Origin: an uncultured Candidatus Saccharibacteria bacterium
Lineage (GTDB): Bacteria; Patescibacteriota; Minisyncoccia; Phycocordibacterales; Phycocordibacteraceae
Assembly: GCA_964595305.1 (NCBI GenBank)
Contig: CAZQPW010000002.1
Span: 1 to 56,413, forward strand
Length of the DNA stretch: 56,413 nucleotides
Direction of reading: 5' to 3'
Shown here: one piece after another, positions 9,979 to 18,963 of the stretch
Layout of the letters: every line of letters begins with the position of its first letter
Position numbering within the stretch: position 1 is the stretch's first letter
Position numbers and translations under genes: made by a program
Notes under the pieces: model-generated
Database searches by the model: none
What the model was told of the DNA's origin: nothing
The model's input: the letters and a program-made list of their open reading frames with translations, nothing else

Positions 9979-10410
9979 GTGAGGTACCAAGTCCCGCAAT
10001 TTATTGAAGTAGAGGACAAAATTATAGGTCCGCTTACCTTCGTGCAGTTTATTTACCTGGTGGGAGGACTCGGGTTTATGCTTGGGTGCTACTTGCTTAC
10101 CAACTCTTACATCGTAGCCATAATACTTGGTGGTCCGTTTGCGGTCCTTGGACTAGGGCTTGCGTTTTACAGAGTCAACGATCGACCTCTCATAGACGTT
10201 CTTGAGCACGCGATTACGTTTTACCTGAACTCCCGCGACTATCGCTGGAACAAGGTGGAGCAAAACCCCTCAGATATAGCAAAACAAAAAGCGCTCCAAC
10301 AAATTGACCACAACCAGTTTATACCGGCAGCAACGTCGAATAAAATTAAAGACCTTGCGTGGTCGCTCGACATCAAAGAGTCTATGTATTCTACCAGAGA
10401 CCAAAAATAG
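9979..10410 (+). CDS. PrgI-family / VirB3-like small membrane protein
   Basis: The N-terminus RYQVPQFIEVEDKIIGPLTFVQFIYLVGG is followed by two TM helices, the pattern I recall for PrgI/VirB3-like proteins of Gram-positive T4SS. GTG start. It lies upstream of the VirB4 ATPase. Confidence 0.6.
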   Translation: MRYQVPQFIEVEDKIIGPLTFVQFIYLVGGLGFMLGCYLLTNSYIVAIILGGPFAVLGLGLAFYRVNDRPLIDVLEHAITFYLNSRDYRWNKVEQNPSDIAKQKALQQIDHNQFIPAATSNKIKDLAWSLDIKESMYSTRDQK

Positions 10411-10446
10411 AACAGACAGCGCAAATACTAACGGTATACTGTAGTA

Positions 10447-11112
10447 ATGGCGGCACCATCACCTGCTAAACCTTCGCGCGCGGCCCAAGACTTCGTACCC
10501 GTTAAAGAGGTGCGCGGCGGGGTCATGGTGCTCAAAGACGGCACATTAGTGGGAGTACTTCTTGCCTCTTCACTCAATTTTGCACTTAAAAGTGGCGACG
10601 AGCAGTCTGCTATCCTCGCCCAATTCCAAGCATTTTTAAACTCGCTAGATTTTTCAGTCCAATTTTTCGTCCGTTCGAGAAAACTCGACATACGTCCGTA
10701 CGTTGCCTTGCTTGAAGAGCGTGGCGCTGCCCAAACAGAAGATCTGCTCCAAATCCAAATTCGTGAGTATATTGACTTCGTCAAGACGTTCACACATCGC
10801 GCCAATATTATGTCTAAAACATTTTTTATTGTCGTTCCCTATACACCGGCATACATAAACATCAACAAAACACTTAACATTAACCTGTTCCCAAAGAAAG
10901 CGGGGGACAAGCGAACGGAATCTGAGATAGGTTTTGACGAAAACAGAACGCAACTTGAACAGCGAATGGCAGTTGTCGAGCAGGGGCTTATCCGTTGCGG
11001 GATCCGAACAGCTCCACTTGGCACCGAGGAAGTGATAGAGCTTTTATATAAAGAGTTTAATCCGGGTGACTTAGAGAAACCAATTAGTGTGGGCACCCAA
11101 TCTAATACGTAA
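10447..11112 (+). CDS. Hypothetical protein, possibly a stand-alone VirB4 N-terminal-domain-like protein
   Basis: DFVPVKEVRGGVMVLKDGTLVGVLLASSLNFALKS...LNSLDFSVQFFVRSRKLD resembles the entry segment of VirB4/TrbE N-domains. There is no P-loop. The stop lies 1 nt before the VirB4 start. Confidence 0.4.
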   Translation: MAAPSPAKPSRAAQDFVPVKEVRGGVMVLKDGTLVGVLLASSLNFALKSGDEQSAILAQFQAFLNSLDFSVQFFVRSRKLDIRPYVALLEERGAAQTEDLLQIQIREYIDFVKTFTHRANIMSKTFFIVVPYTPAYININKTLNINLFPKKAGDKRTESEIGFDENRTQLEQRMAVVEQGLIRCGIRTAPLGTEEVIELLYKEFNPGDLEKPISVGTQSNT

Positions 11113-11113
11113 C

Positions 11114-12928
11114 ATGGCACTGTTTGACTTCATCACAGGAAAAAGTTCTGAGAAAAAGGCGGAGCTCACTCCGTTTCTTCCGAAAGATATCTACGAAGCA
11201 GCAAAGCTCGACTTTGCAGACATCATTGCTCCTACCGCACTTTCTGTAAGCTCAAAAGAGCTCGACTTTGGTGTTAAGCTCGTGCGCACGTTCTACGTGA
11301 TATCGTATCCAAGATACCTGAACGACTCGTGGTTTTCGCCGATCATCAACCTCGACAGAATGTTTGACGTTTCAATCTTTGTGCACCCAATTGACACGGC
11401 GTCCGTGCTCAGAAAATTTCAGAAAAAAGTTGCAGAAATCCAGTCGCAGATCATGGTGCGAGAGGAAAAGGGAATGGTCCGCGACCCTATACTCGACACC
11501 GCATACCGCGACATAGAGGAGCTCCGCGACAAACTCCAGCAGGCACAAGAGCGTGTGTTTGAGGTTGGACTCTATATCTCGCTCTATGGCTCAGACGAAG
11601 AAGAGCTCGACAAGGCGGAGGCGGAGGTGCGCTCAATACTGGACGCAAAGCTCGTATATATAAAGCCCGCGCTTTTCCAACAAGAGCAAGGGTTTAAAAG
11701 TGTGATCCCAACAGGATCAGATTTGCTTTCAGTAAGCTCCAAACTAAACTCCTCGCCACTCTCCTCGCTCTTCCCATTCCTCTCATTCGACCTTACCTCT
11801 GATCGCGGGATTCTGTACGGAATTAACCGCCACAACTCTTCACTCGTCCTCTTTGATCGTTTTAGTCTCGAGAACTATAACTCAGTTACATTTGCAAAAT
11901 CTGGTTCTGGTAAGTCTTACGCGACTAAGCTCGAGATTTTGCGTTCACTGATGTTTGACTCAGAGGTGTTGGTGATCGACCCAGAAAACGAATACGAGTA
12001 TCTTGCCAATGCAGTAGGTGGGCGCTTTTTCCAAATATCGCTTTCTTCAGACCACCACATCAACCCCTTTGACTTACCTAAGATTCGTGAAGACGAGTCT
12101 CCGGCAGACGTACTACGCTCAAACATCATTAACTTGGTAGGCCTCTTCCGCATCATGCTCGGCGGCCTTACTCCAGAAGAAGATGCGATTATCGACCGTG
12201 CGATCACCGAAACTTACGCGCTCAAAGACATCACCCCATCTACCGACTTTAGCGAGATGGAACCACCACTACTGTCTGACTTTGAACTTGTGCTCGCAGG
12301 AATGGAGGGCTCTGAATCGCTAGTACAACGCATCACCAAGTACACAAAAGGAACGTGGGCGGGCTTTATCAATCGCCCAACAAACGTAGACATCAACAAA
12401 AAGCTCGTGGTCTTTTCTGTGCGCGACATGGAGGACGAGCTGAAACCGGTGGCAATGTACATCGTTACGCATTACATTTGGAACGCAGTCAGAAGGGAGC
12501 TGAAGAAGCGCCTTTTGGTGGTAGACGAGGCGTGGTGGATGATGAAGTACGAGGACACCGCATCGTTCCTCTTCTCAATGGCAAAACGAGGAAGAAAGTA
12601 TTTCCTCGGTCTTGCAACGATCACGCAAGACGTAGAAGACTTCCTAAAGAGCCCGTATGGTCTGCCGATGCTCACCAACTCTTCAATCCAGCTACTGCTG
12701 AAACAGTCTCCAACAGCAATCGATGCGGTACAGAAGACATTTAACCTTACTGAGGAGGAAAAATATTTACTGTTGGAAAGTGATGTGGGGGAGGGAATAT
12801 TCTTTGCTGGCCTTAAACATGTCGCGATAAAGATTATTGCCTCATACACCGAGGACCAGATCATTACCTCGGACCCATCCCAGCTTCTTGCGATAGCCCG
12901 TGCAAAGAAAGATGGCGAAGGCAAATAA
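11114..12928 (+). CDS. virB4: VirB4/TraC/PrgJ-type type IV secretion ATPase
   Basis: Walker A FAKSGSGKSY and Walker B LLVVDEAWWMM, followed by TQDVEDF. About 600 aa with an N-terminal domain (RTFYVISYPRYL). I chose the ATG at 11114 right after the upstream stop; the track start is 11087. Confidence 0.85.
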   Translation: MALFDFITGKSSEKKAELTPFLPKDIYEAAKLDFADIIAPTALSVSSKELDFGVKLVRTFYVISYPRYLNDSWFSPIINLDRMFDVSIFVHPIDTASVLRKFQKKVAEIQSQIMVREEKGMVRDPILDTAYRDIEELRDKLQQAQERVFEVGLYISLYGSDEEELDKAEAEVRSILDAKLVYIKPALFQQEQGFKSVIPTGSDLLSVSSKLNSSPLSSLFPFLSFDLTSDRGILYGINRHNSSLVLFDRFSLENYNSVTFAKSGSGKSYATKLEILRSLMFDSEVLVIDPENEYEYLANAVGGRFFQISLSSDHHINPFDLPKIREDESPADVLRSNIINLVGLFRIMLGGLTPEEDAIIDRAITETYALKDITPSTDFSEMEPPLLSDFELVLAGMEGSESLVQRITKYTKGTWAGFINRPTNVDINKKLVVFSVRDMEDELKPVAMYIVTHYIWNAVRRELKKRLLVVDEAWWMMKYEDTASFLFSMAKRGRKYFLGLATITQDVEDFLKSPYGLPMLTNSSIQLLLKQSPTAIDAVQKTFNLTEEEKYLLLESDVGEGIFFAGLKHVAIKIIASYTEDQIITSDPSQLLAIARAKKDGEGK

Positions 12929-13358
12929 CAAAGTCACGTTCAGCACATACGTCATTATGCTCTCGGTGGTTGGAGCCATCGACTTGGCGCGCACCATTAC
13001 CTGGGTTGGGTTAACAGCCGCGGGCCTTGTAATAACCGCAACAGCACTCACCGCCACCCAGCTACTAAACTTTATTCCGTTTATGGGTGTTGCTGTGGGT
13101 CTTGCTCAGCAGTCAGTTGGAATTGCCTTGTGGGTTACCGGGATGGTTATCGCAATTATGTTTTCCGTAATCCAGTTTATATTTACTACCCTGTATTACC
13201 AACACCTTGGAGCTTCGTTTCTTGACCGCGGAATGCTTACTCGCCTTGGCAAGGCTCTTGGTCTCGGCTTTTTACCTTTCTCAGGAATAGTCACCACATA
13301 CTTCACACTCAAGCACATAGAGAAGCACGGAAGGGAGTACAATGAGGAGAGCGTATGA
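12912..13358 (+). CDS. Small polytopic membrane protein (T4SS-like operon)
   Basis: The ATG at 12912 (MAKANNK...) overlaps the end of virB4. There are three to four hydrophobic helices. No family recognised. Confidence 0.5.
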   Translation: MAKANNKVTFSTYVIMLSVVGAIDLARTITWVGLTAAGLVITATALTATQLLNFIPFMGVAVGLAQQSVGIALWVTGMVIAIMFSVIQFIFTTLYYQHLGASFLDRGMLTRLGKALGLGFLPFSGIVTTYFTLKHIEKHGREYNEESV

Positions 13359-14305
13359 AACGCCTCGTCATATTCTGTACCTGCCTACTTTTGATACCCG
13401 CGTTTTCACATGCGGCGGCGCGCTCTATTGAGCTTGTAACCGAGCCGGAATACCCAAAACCAAACCAGGCGCTCGTTGTTCGTGCGCACCTCAAGCAAGG
13501 AACACCTTCTGCAACACTTTTTACCTGGAGCGTTGACGGAAAACAGGTGAGCGCGGGAACAGGGATAGACAGTGTTATCACAACAGCCCCAGCAGCAGGC
13601 AAAACGCAGACAGTGAGCGTTACTACCGAAAACGGATCATACTCGGAAACTGTACACACGATCATCCGACCCGGATCAGTAATTCTTTCTTGGAACGCTC
13701 TTACCCTAACACCACCGCTCTACCGTGGCCGAGCGTTGCCGACACCCAAAAGCAGCGTCATACTCTCGGCTACCCCTCGTATCGTTGATAACGAAGGCGG
13801 ACTAGTGCCTTCCCGGTCAGTAAACTACACCTGGTATGTCAACAATGTCCCTGACATAGCTGCAAGCGGCAAAGGAAAACAGAGCTACGTATACACGTTT
13901 GGTCTTCTTGCTCGACCAGTCACTATAAGTGTCATCGCGGGGTCGCCAGACGGCACCGTTACCGCGAGCGATAGTACACCAATTACAACTACGAAACCTA
14001 GGTTAGTTTTGTACGAAAAGCGACCGCTTGAGGGGCTCCTCCTCAACAAGGCGGTAGCAGGAACATACGCATTTACAGAAAACGAGCTAGATTTACGTGC
14101 ATATCCAGTCTTTGCGTCAGACGTAAGTCGCATTAAACCAAAATGGACTATCGATGGCGCTCCGTTTGAGATCACAGGGGAGCCGTGGTTAGCAGTGTTT
14201 AAAAAGACCGGCTCAGGTGCTGGATCAAAAAACGTTTCCGTAACCACCTCTCACCCTACAGACTTTCTCTCGACAATGAGCACTAATTTGCTGCTACAAT
14301 TTTAG
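13355..14305 (+). CDS. Secreted protein with three repeated beta-rich modules (T4SS-like operon)
   Basis: Signal peptide MKRLVIFCTCLLLIPAFSHA. There are three similar modules, each built around a W-x-[VI]-[DN] core: LFTWSVDGKQV, VNYTWYVNNVP and IKPKWTIDGAP. A 4-nt overlap links it to the previous gene. Confidence 0.55.
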   Translation: MKRLVIFCTCLLLIPAFSHAAARSIELVTEPEYPKPNQALVVRAHLKQGTPSATLFTWSVDGKQVSAGTGIDSVITTAPAAGKTQTVSVTTENGSYSETVHTIIRPGSVILSWNALTLTPPLYRGRALPTPKSSVILSATPRIVDNEGGLVPSRSVNYTWYVNNVPDIAASGKGKQSYVYTFGLLARPVTISVIAGSPDGTVTASDSTPITTTKPRLVLYEKRPLEGLLLNKAVAGTYAFTENELDLRAYPVFASDVSRIKPKWTIDGAPFEITGEPWLAVFKKTGSGAGSKNVSVTTSHPTDFLSTMSTNLLLQF

Positions 14306-14306
14306 T

Positions 14307-14684
14307 ATGACAGCACTTCGTGTTCTACTAGTTTTTGTACTTTCGATACCATACGTTGCGAGTGCGGCAAGCGAATTCGTTCCGATAGCGCCTATACCTG
14401 TGGCTGGTGGAGAGCTGAACAGCAATACGACTCTCGGCGAATATGTAAACGCCCTTTTCCAGATCGGCATTGGCATTGCAGCTGTCTCTGCAGTGATTCA
14501 AATCGCATATGGTGGGTATGAATATCTCCTTAAGGATTCGGGCTTTACAAAGAAAGACGGCCGGGAAAGAATTTTAAAGGCGTTCCAAAGTCTCCTCATT
14601 CTCCTTTTGGTATACATCATCTTGTATGTAATCAACCCCGACCTGGTGAAGCTAAATGTTTTAAACCCGAGCTCTTTTAGGTAA
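14307..14684 (+). CDS. VirB2/TrbC-like T4SS pilin
   Basis: Signal peptide ending ASA/AS, then two hydrophobic helices (ALFQIGIGIAAVSAVIQIAYGGYEYLL and SLLILLLVYIILYVINPDLV) separated by a basic loop. The INP-x-L ending matches my recollection of the CPR 'T4SS pilin' family. Confidence 0.65.
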   Translation: MTALRVLLVFVLSIPYVASAASEFVPIAPIPVAGGELNSNTTLGEYVNALFQIGIGIAAVSAVIQIAYGGYEYLLKDSGFTKKDGRERILKAFQSLLILLLVYIILYVINPDLVKLNVLNPSSFR

Positions 14685-14685
14685 C

Positions 14686-15885
14686 ATGTTGCCACGCCAA
14701 TACATCATCCCAGCAATTTTTGTCGGAGCAATCGTGGTTCTCTTGTTAGGCTTAGCGCTGTTCCGCAGCGCATCATCGACCACCAACACCACCGCTACAA
14801 AAACTAGCTATTTTTCTTCTTTATTTCCTTTTGGAAGTGGTGACGTCACACCAAACGAGCCGGGTAACACTGGGGCAGGGAACAACATACCAGACGGTGG
14901 AGTTTTGCCCGCGCTGCGGAAGGTCACTGACAGCAAGGTGCTTGCTGCCGAATTTGGTTACAACAAAAACGGCTTGGTGGTGCGCTACGTAGAACGTGGA
15001 GCTGGCCACATCTACGAGGCGCGTGTCGACGTCCCAGGATCAGAACGGCTCACCAACACAACGATTCCTGGGGCAGAAGAGGTTTTGTTTGTTGGGGCAT
15101 CTTCAACTTTGTATAGATTTTCTACAGATAACGAATCGGTAGAAAACTACTTGGGGTACCTGCCTCTTGGGACCTCAACCCAGCTTTTAACAGGAGACAC
15201 ACTCCCTCCATACTCTCGAGTATCAGTTTCGCCGTCAGGGAAAACAGCTGTTGGGCTACTCTTCGCTGGTACAAACGCCGTGCTTGATACAATAAACCCA
15301 AAAAAAATATCTGAAAGAAAGTCGCTGCTTTCTCTCCCCACAAACGCTTGGTTGCCTTATGCCACAGACAACGGAGTATTCCTTGCTGACCTACCTAGCT
15401 CTGCTGCCGCTGGCTCATTGCAGAAGGTGGTCAACGGATCGCTCGTACCCGTCATAACTAACATACCGGGCCTCCAAGCATCACTGAACCCAACTGGCCA
15501 GTACGCGATTATCTCTTCAGCAGAGGGGGCAAGCGTTTCTACGTTTATATTTGGTGTTGACGACCGCTCGGTTCACTCTCTTCCGTTTTCAACCATTGCA
15601 GATAAGTGTGCGTGGTCAATGTACGAACCAACTAGTTTTATATGTGCTGTACCCACCTCGCTCCCACGCGCAACGTACCCAGACGACTGGCTGCTAGGAA
15701 GCGTCTCTTTTGCAGATACCTTGTGGTTCGGTGACGCGGTTACACAAAAAGTTGAGGAGCGCAGCCACATTAGCGACGACCAGGCGATCGACGCGGTCAA
15801 CATTTCTATCGATCAAACAAAAAACTATTTGATATTTAAAAACAAGTCGGACGAATCACTCTGGATCCTAGACCTTTTCCGCTAG
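14686..15885 (+). CDS. Membrane-anchored extracytoplasmic hypothetical protein, last gene of the T4SS-like operon
   Basis: N-terminal TM helix IIPAIFVGAIVVLLLGLALF, a Thr-rich linker, and a beta-rich domain of about 340 aa. It starts 2 nt after the pilin stop. Confidence 0.55.
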   Translation: MLPRQYIIPAIFVGAIVVLLLGLALFRSASSTTNTTATKTSYFSSLFPFGSGDVTPNEPGNTGAGNNIPDGGVLPALRKVTDSKVLAAEFGYNKNGLVVRYVERGAGHIYEARVDVPGSERLTNTTIPGAEEVLFVGASSTLYRFSTDNESVENYLGYLPLGTSTQLLTGDTLPPYSRVSVSPSGKTAVGLLFAGTNAVLDTINPKKISERKSLLSLPTNAWLPYATDNGVFLADLPSSAAAGSLQKVVNGSLVPVITNIPGLQASLNPTGQYAIISSAEGASVSTFIFGVDDRSVHSLPFSTIADKCAWSMYEPTSFICAVPTSLPRATYPDDWLLGSVSFADTLWFGDAVTQKVEERSHISDDQAIDAVNISIDQTKNYLIFKNKSDESLWILDLFR

Positions 15886-16349
15886 GCTGACTCTTTATAC
15901 GAAACAACAATGTGTCTAAGGGGACCTTCGCCTTCAGAGCGTGTAGTAATGCCTGGTATTTCTTTGAGCGCAGAGTGCACAATCATGCGTTCGTATGCAC
16001 TCATTGCGGGCATATCAATGTCATATTTAAATGTCTTTGCCCGCTCAGCAACAACGCGAGCCTGGTCTTCCAACGAACGAACCTTTTGAGAGTTGTATCC
16101 ATTTACATCTATCATTATCCGGACATCTTGTGGAACCTTGCGCTCTAGAAGCCGCTTAATGAGCGTATTAAACGCATGTAGGGACTCACCATTCGATCCT
16201 ATGAGTTTAGCTGAATCTTTCGTTTGAATGGCAAACACACGCGTCCCATGAAGGTCTGCTGCCTTGATTTCCGTGTACTCAAGACCCATCAGGGAAAGAA
16301 CCTGACCTACAAGCTCAATCACCTGGGGGTCATATGTTGATTCGTTCAT
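15882..16349 (-). CDS. jag: Jag/SpoIIIJ-associated KH-R3H RNA-binding protein
   Basis: KH-like segment followed by an R3H-type segment (MSAYERMIVHSALKEIPGITTRSEGEGPLRHIVV). It sits in the conserved position downstream of yidC. Confidence 0.8.
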   Translation of the reverse strand: MNESTYDPQVIELVGQVLSLMGLEYTEIKAADLHGTRVFAIQTKDSAKLIGSNGESLHAFNTLIKRLLERKVPQDVRIMIDVNGYNSQKVRSLEDQARVVAERAKTFKYDIDMPAMSAYERMIVHSALKEIPGITTRSEGEGPLRHIVVSYKESA

Positions 16350-17062
16350 ACCGGATAATATTTTTTAGATACGTACTCTTGCATAATGCCAAAAATATTC
16401 GATGTTAGGAAGTAGAGGGCAGTGAACGATCCAAGAGCATAAGAAATGCCGCCTATCATTACGGGGAGCACGTAGCGAACCTGGATATGCATACTGGCAG
16501 CCAAATCATCCTGAAAGCCCGACCCTGTCTGTTGCGGGGCGACGGGCATCATCGCCTTAGCGAGAACAAATTGAGTTACCGCAACCAAAACCGAAAGGAC
16601 TATCGACGACTCATGTAAAGGCAATAAACCGAGGAATATGTAATTAACGGTTTCAGGGTGCGGAGTTATCGAGTAGAGGTAAGACGGGTTAAAGGCGCCC
16701 ATTTTTTCAGCGGAAACCGCAAAATAAAGCCCTAAAATGACCGGTATTTGAATAAGTACGAGCAATATTGAAGAGAATGGGTTTACTCCGTTCTTTTTAT
16801 AAACCTCTAGTGTCTTTTTGGCGAGCTCTTCAGTTTTGTCCTTTAGTTTTTCTCTGATTTCCTTCAACTGTGGCTCGAGCGTCTTCATTTTCCGCTGAGT
16901 GTAAGAGGCTTTTAGGGCGATTGGCAACAAAACGAGCTTAACGAGGATAGTGATTATTACCACAGCAATGCCAACGTCAGCAGTAGGAATGAGGGCTGTG
17001 AGCGCGGCTAGGGCGTTATATATTGGGTAGAATATGACGTCACGAAATGCTTCTAGGAACAC
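16346..17062 (-). CDS. yidC: Membrane protein insertase YidC (short form)
   Basis: Multi-TM ORF of 238 aa with the amphipathic segment KASYTQRKMKTLEPQLKEIREKLKDK typical of YidC/Oxa1. Synteny is rpmH-rnpA-yidC-jag. Confidence 0.85.
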   Translation of the reverse strand: MFLEAFRDVIFYPIYNALAALTALIPTADVGIAVVIITILVKLVLLPIALKASYTQRKMKTLEPQLKEIREKLKDKTEELAKKTLEVYKKNGVNPFSSILLVLIQIPVILGLYFAVSAEKMGAFNPSYLYSITPHPETVNYIFLGLLPLHESSIVLSVLVAVTQFVLAKAMMPVAPQQTGSGFQDDLAASMHIQVRYVLPVMIGGISYALGSFTALYFLTSNIFGIMQEYVSKKYYPV

Positions 17063-17371
17063 CTACTTAGTGTACCTCGAGTTCAATAATTCCGCGAGAG
17101 CAGCGACAATTTGTGGGAACGTGGCTTCTCGTATACCTTTTGTCGGGTAAACAACAACCGACTCACTCCAATTTTGTCCCTTAAGGGCATGACGGACACG
17201 TCGGCGAATTTTATTTCTGTCCGTTGCCCTTATTGCAACTTTTTTTGAAACTACAACAGCTGCTCCTCTCTCTCCACCAAAAAAGGCGATTTGAAGCAGG
17301 GGGCTTGCTCTCCGCGCTACGGGTTTTTGTGAAAAAACGCTTCTTTTGAGCCGTATTTTACGGCTTAACAT
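17063..17371 (-). CDS. rnpA: Ribonuclease P protein component
   Basis: Basic 102-aa ORF (RLKRSVFSQ..., KIRRRVRHALK) located between rpmH and yidC. Confidence 0.8.
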   Translation of the reverse strand: MLSRKIRLKRSVFSQKPVARRASPLLQIAFFGGERGAAVVVSKKVAIRATDRNKIRRRVRHALKGQNWSESVVVYPTKGIREATFPQIVAALAELLNSRYTK

Positions 17372-17376
17372 AACAA

Positions 17377-17520
17377 TTAGCGAGAAGAAACTGTAAGAGC
17401 TTTTCTTCCTTTTTGGCGACGTCGCTTCAGCACTCGTTTGCCAGTTTTTGTTTTGCTTCTAGATCGGAAGCCGTGTGTTTTTGCGCGCTTTCGTTTTTTT
17501 GGCTGATATGTTCTTTTCAT
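17377..17520 (-). CDS. rpmH: 50S ribosomal protein L34
   Basis: This ORF is not in the track because it is under 60 aa. My translation of the minus strand is [47 protein letters not shown], with a stop at 17377-17379. Confidence 0.9.
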   Translation of the reverse strand: MKRTYQPKKRKRAKTHGFRSRSKTKTGKRVLKRRRQKGRKALTVSSR

Positions 17521-17527
17521 ATATTAA

Positions 17528-17548
17528 TTATACACATGGTTATACACA
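17528..17548 (+). promoter_or_regulatory. Two tandem DnaA-box-like 9-mers upstream of dnaA
   Basis: TTATACACA occurs at 17528-17536 and again at 17540-17548. Each matches TTATNCACA and is 8/9 to TTATCCACA. Both lie in the rpmH-dnaA divergent spacer. Confidence 0.6.
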
Positions 17549-17610
17549 ATTAGTACCATATTCACACCCTAAACGCAATCTTGCCGAATTATCAACATGC
17601 GCGATAATAG

Positions 17611-18963
17611 ATGAGACACATGGAGCTTGATACAAAACAACTTTGGGAAAACGTACTTACTAATATTGAACTTTCGATATCTCCTGCTAGCTTTAAAATG
17701 TGGTTCTCAGAAACACATATCTTGAGGATAGAGGATGGCGCACTTGTGGTTGGGGTTCCAAACCAACTTACAAAAGACTGGTTGAATGAAAAGTTTGGAA
17801 AAATGATACTAAAGACAGTGCGTGGATTTGTAGACACTATTCGTGCAGTTGAATTTATTGTTTCGCGCGATGCTTCACGTCGGGCGCCAGAAAAGATAGT
17901 ATTAGAGCCACAAAATAGTGAATTACCTATCAACGACTACTTGGTGAACCGCTCAGACAACCTAAATCCTCGTTATACCTTTGACTCATTTGTGGTTGGT
18001 CCGTTCAACGAACTTGCCTACACTGCGGGACTTGCAGTGGCCCAAAATCCAGGAATTGCATATAATCCGCTCTTTATTTATGGAGAAACCGGACGAGGCA
18101 AAACTCACCTCATTCAATCAATCGGTACACATATAAAACGAAATGGGCCAGGGAAAAAGGTTTTTTATCTTACCGCTGAGCGGTTCGGTTTTGAGTTTAT
18201 GACTGCCATGAACACCAGATCGATACCGCAATTTAAAGAAAAGTATCGGTCATATGATGTCCTTATTGTTGATGACATGCAGTTCTTTTCTAAAAAAGGA
18301 ACATTGCAAGAAGAGTTTTTTCATCTTTTCAACACACTACACGACTCAAACAAGCAGATTATATGTTCGTCAGACAGACACCCTAACCTAATTCAAGATA
18401 TTACCGACCGTCTTAAGAGTCGATTTATTGCCGGGATGACCGTTGCTATACAGGAACCAGACCACGAGTCTAGAATGGCTATAATCAAGGCTAAAGCTGA
18501 GTCAATGAAGCTTATTTTAAGCCACGAAATCATTGAGGCCTTGTCACTCGCTGTGCCTGGAAACATTAGAGAAATTGAGGGTATGTTGAACTCAATTCTA
18601 TGCCAAGCACAACTACGAGGAGCCCTCACCGACGACCAAATTAAAGATTTAATTAAAAATACTGCGCGACCGAAGAGAATAATTTCTGTAAAACATGTAA
18701 TTCAACGCATTTCTGAGTTCTACTCCATTGACGAGTCAAATATGTATGCAAAAACAAGAAGGCGTGAGGTGGTGAAGCCGCGTCAAATTGTAATGTATAT
18801 ACTTCGTGAAGACTTTCATATGTCCTATCCGGCCATAGGTGCTGTCTTTGGTGGCCGAGACCATACAACAGTCATACACGCGTATGAAAAGATAAAACAA
18901 GATATCAGCGACAGCTCGGAATTAAAAACTCAACTAGATGAGATACGTGGCATGTTGAAATAA
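17611..18963 (+). CDS. dnaA: Chromosomal replication initiator DnaA
   Basis: AAA+ Walker A GETGRGKTHL and Walker B LIVDDMQF. The C-terminal DNA-binding domain shows RQIVMYILRE...YPAIGAVFGGRDHTTVIHAYEKI. An alternative start exists at 17620. Confidence 0.95.
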   Translation: MRHMELDTKQLWENVLTNIELSISPASFKMWFSETHILRIEDGALVVGVPNQLTKDWLNEKFGKMILKTVRGFVDTIRAVEFIVSRDASRRAPEKIVLEPQNSELPINDYLVNRSDNLNPRYTFDSFVVGPFNELAYTAGLAVAQNPGIAYNPLFIYGETGRGKTHLIQSIGTHIKRNGPGKKVFYLTAERFGFEFMTAMNTRSIPQFKEKYRSYDVLIVDDMQFFSKKGTLQEEFFHLFNTLHDSNKQIICSSDRHPNLIQDITDRLKSRFIAGMTVAIQEPDHESRMAIIKAKAESMKLILSHEIIEALSLAVPGNIREIEGMLNSILCQAQLRGALTDDQIKDLIKNTARPKRIISVKHVIQRISEFYSIDESNMYAKTRRREVVKPRQIVMYILREDFHMSYPAIGAVFGGRDHTTVIHAYEKIKQDISDSSELKTQLDEIRGMLK

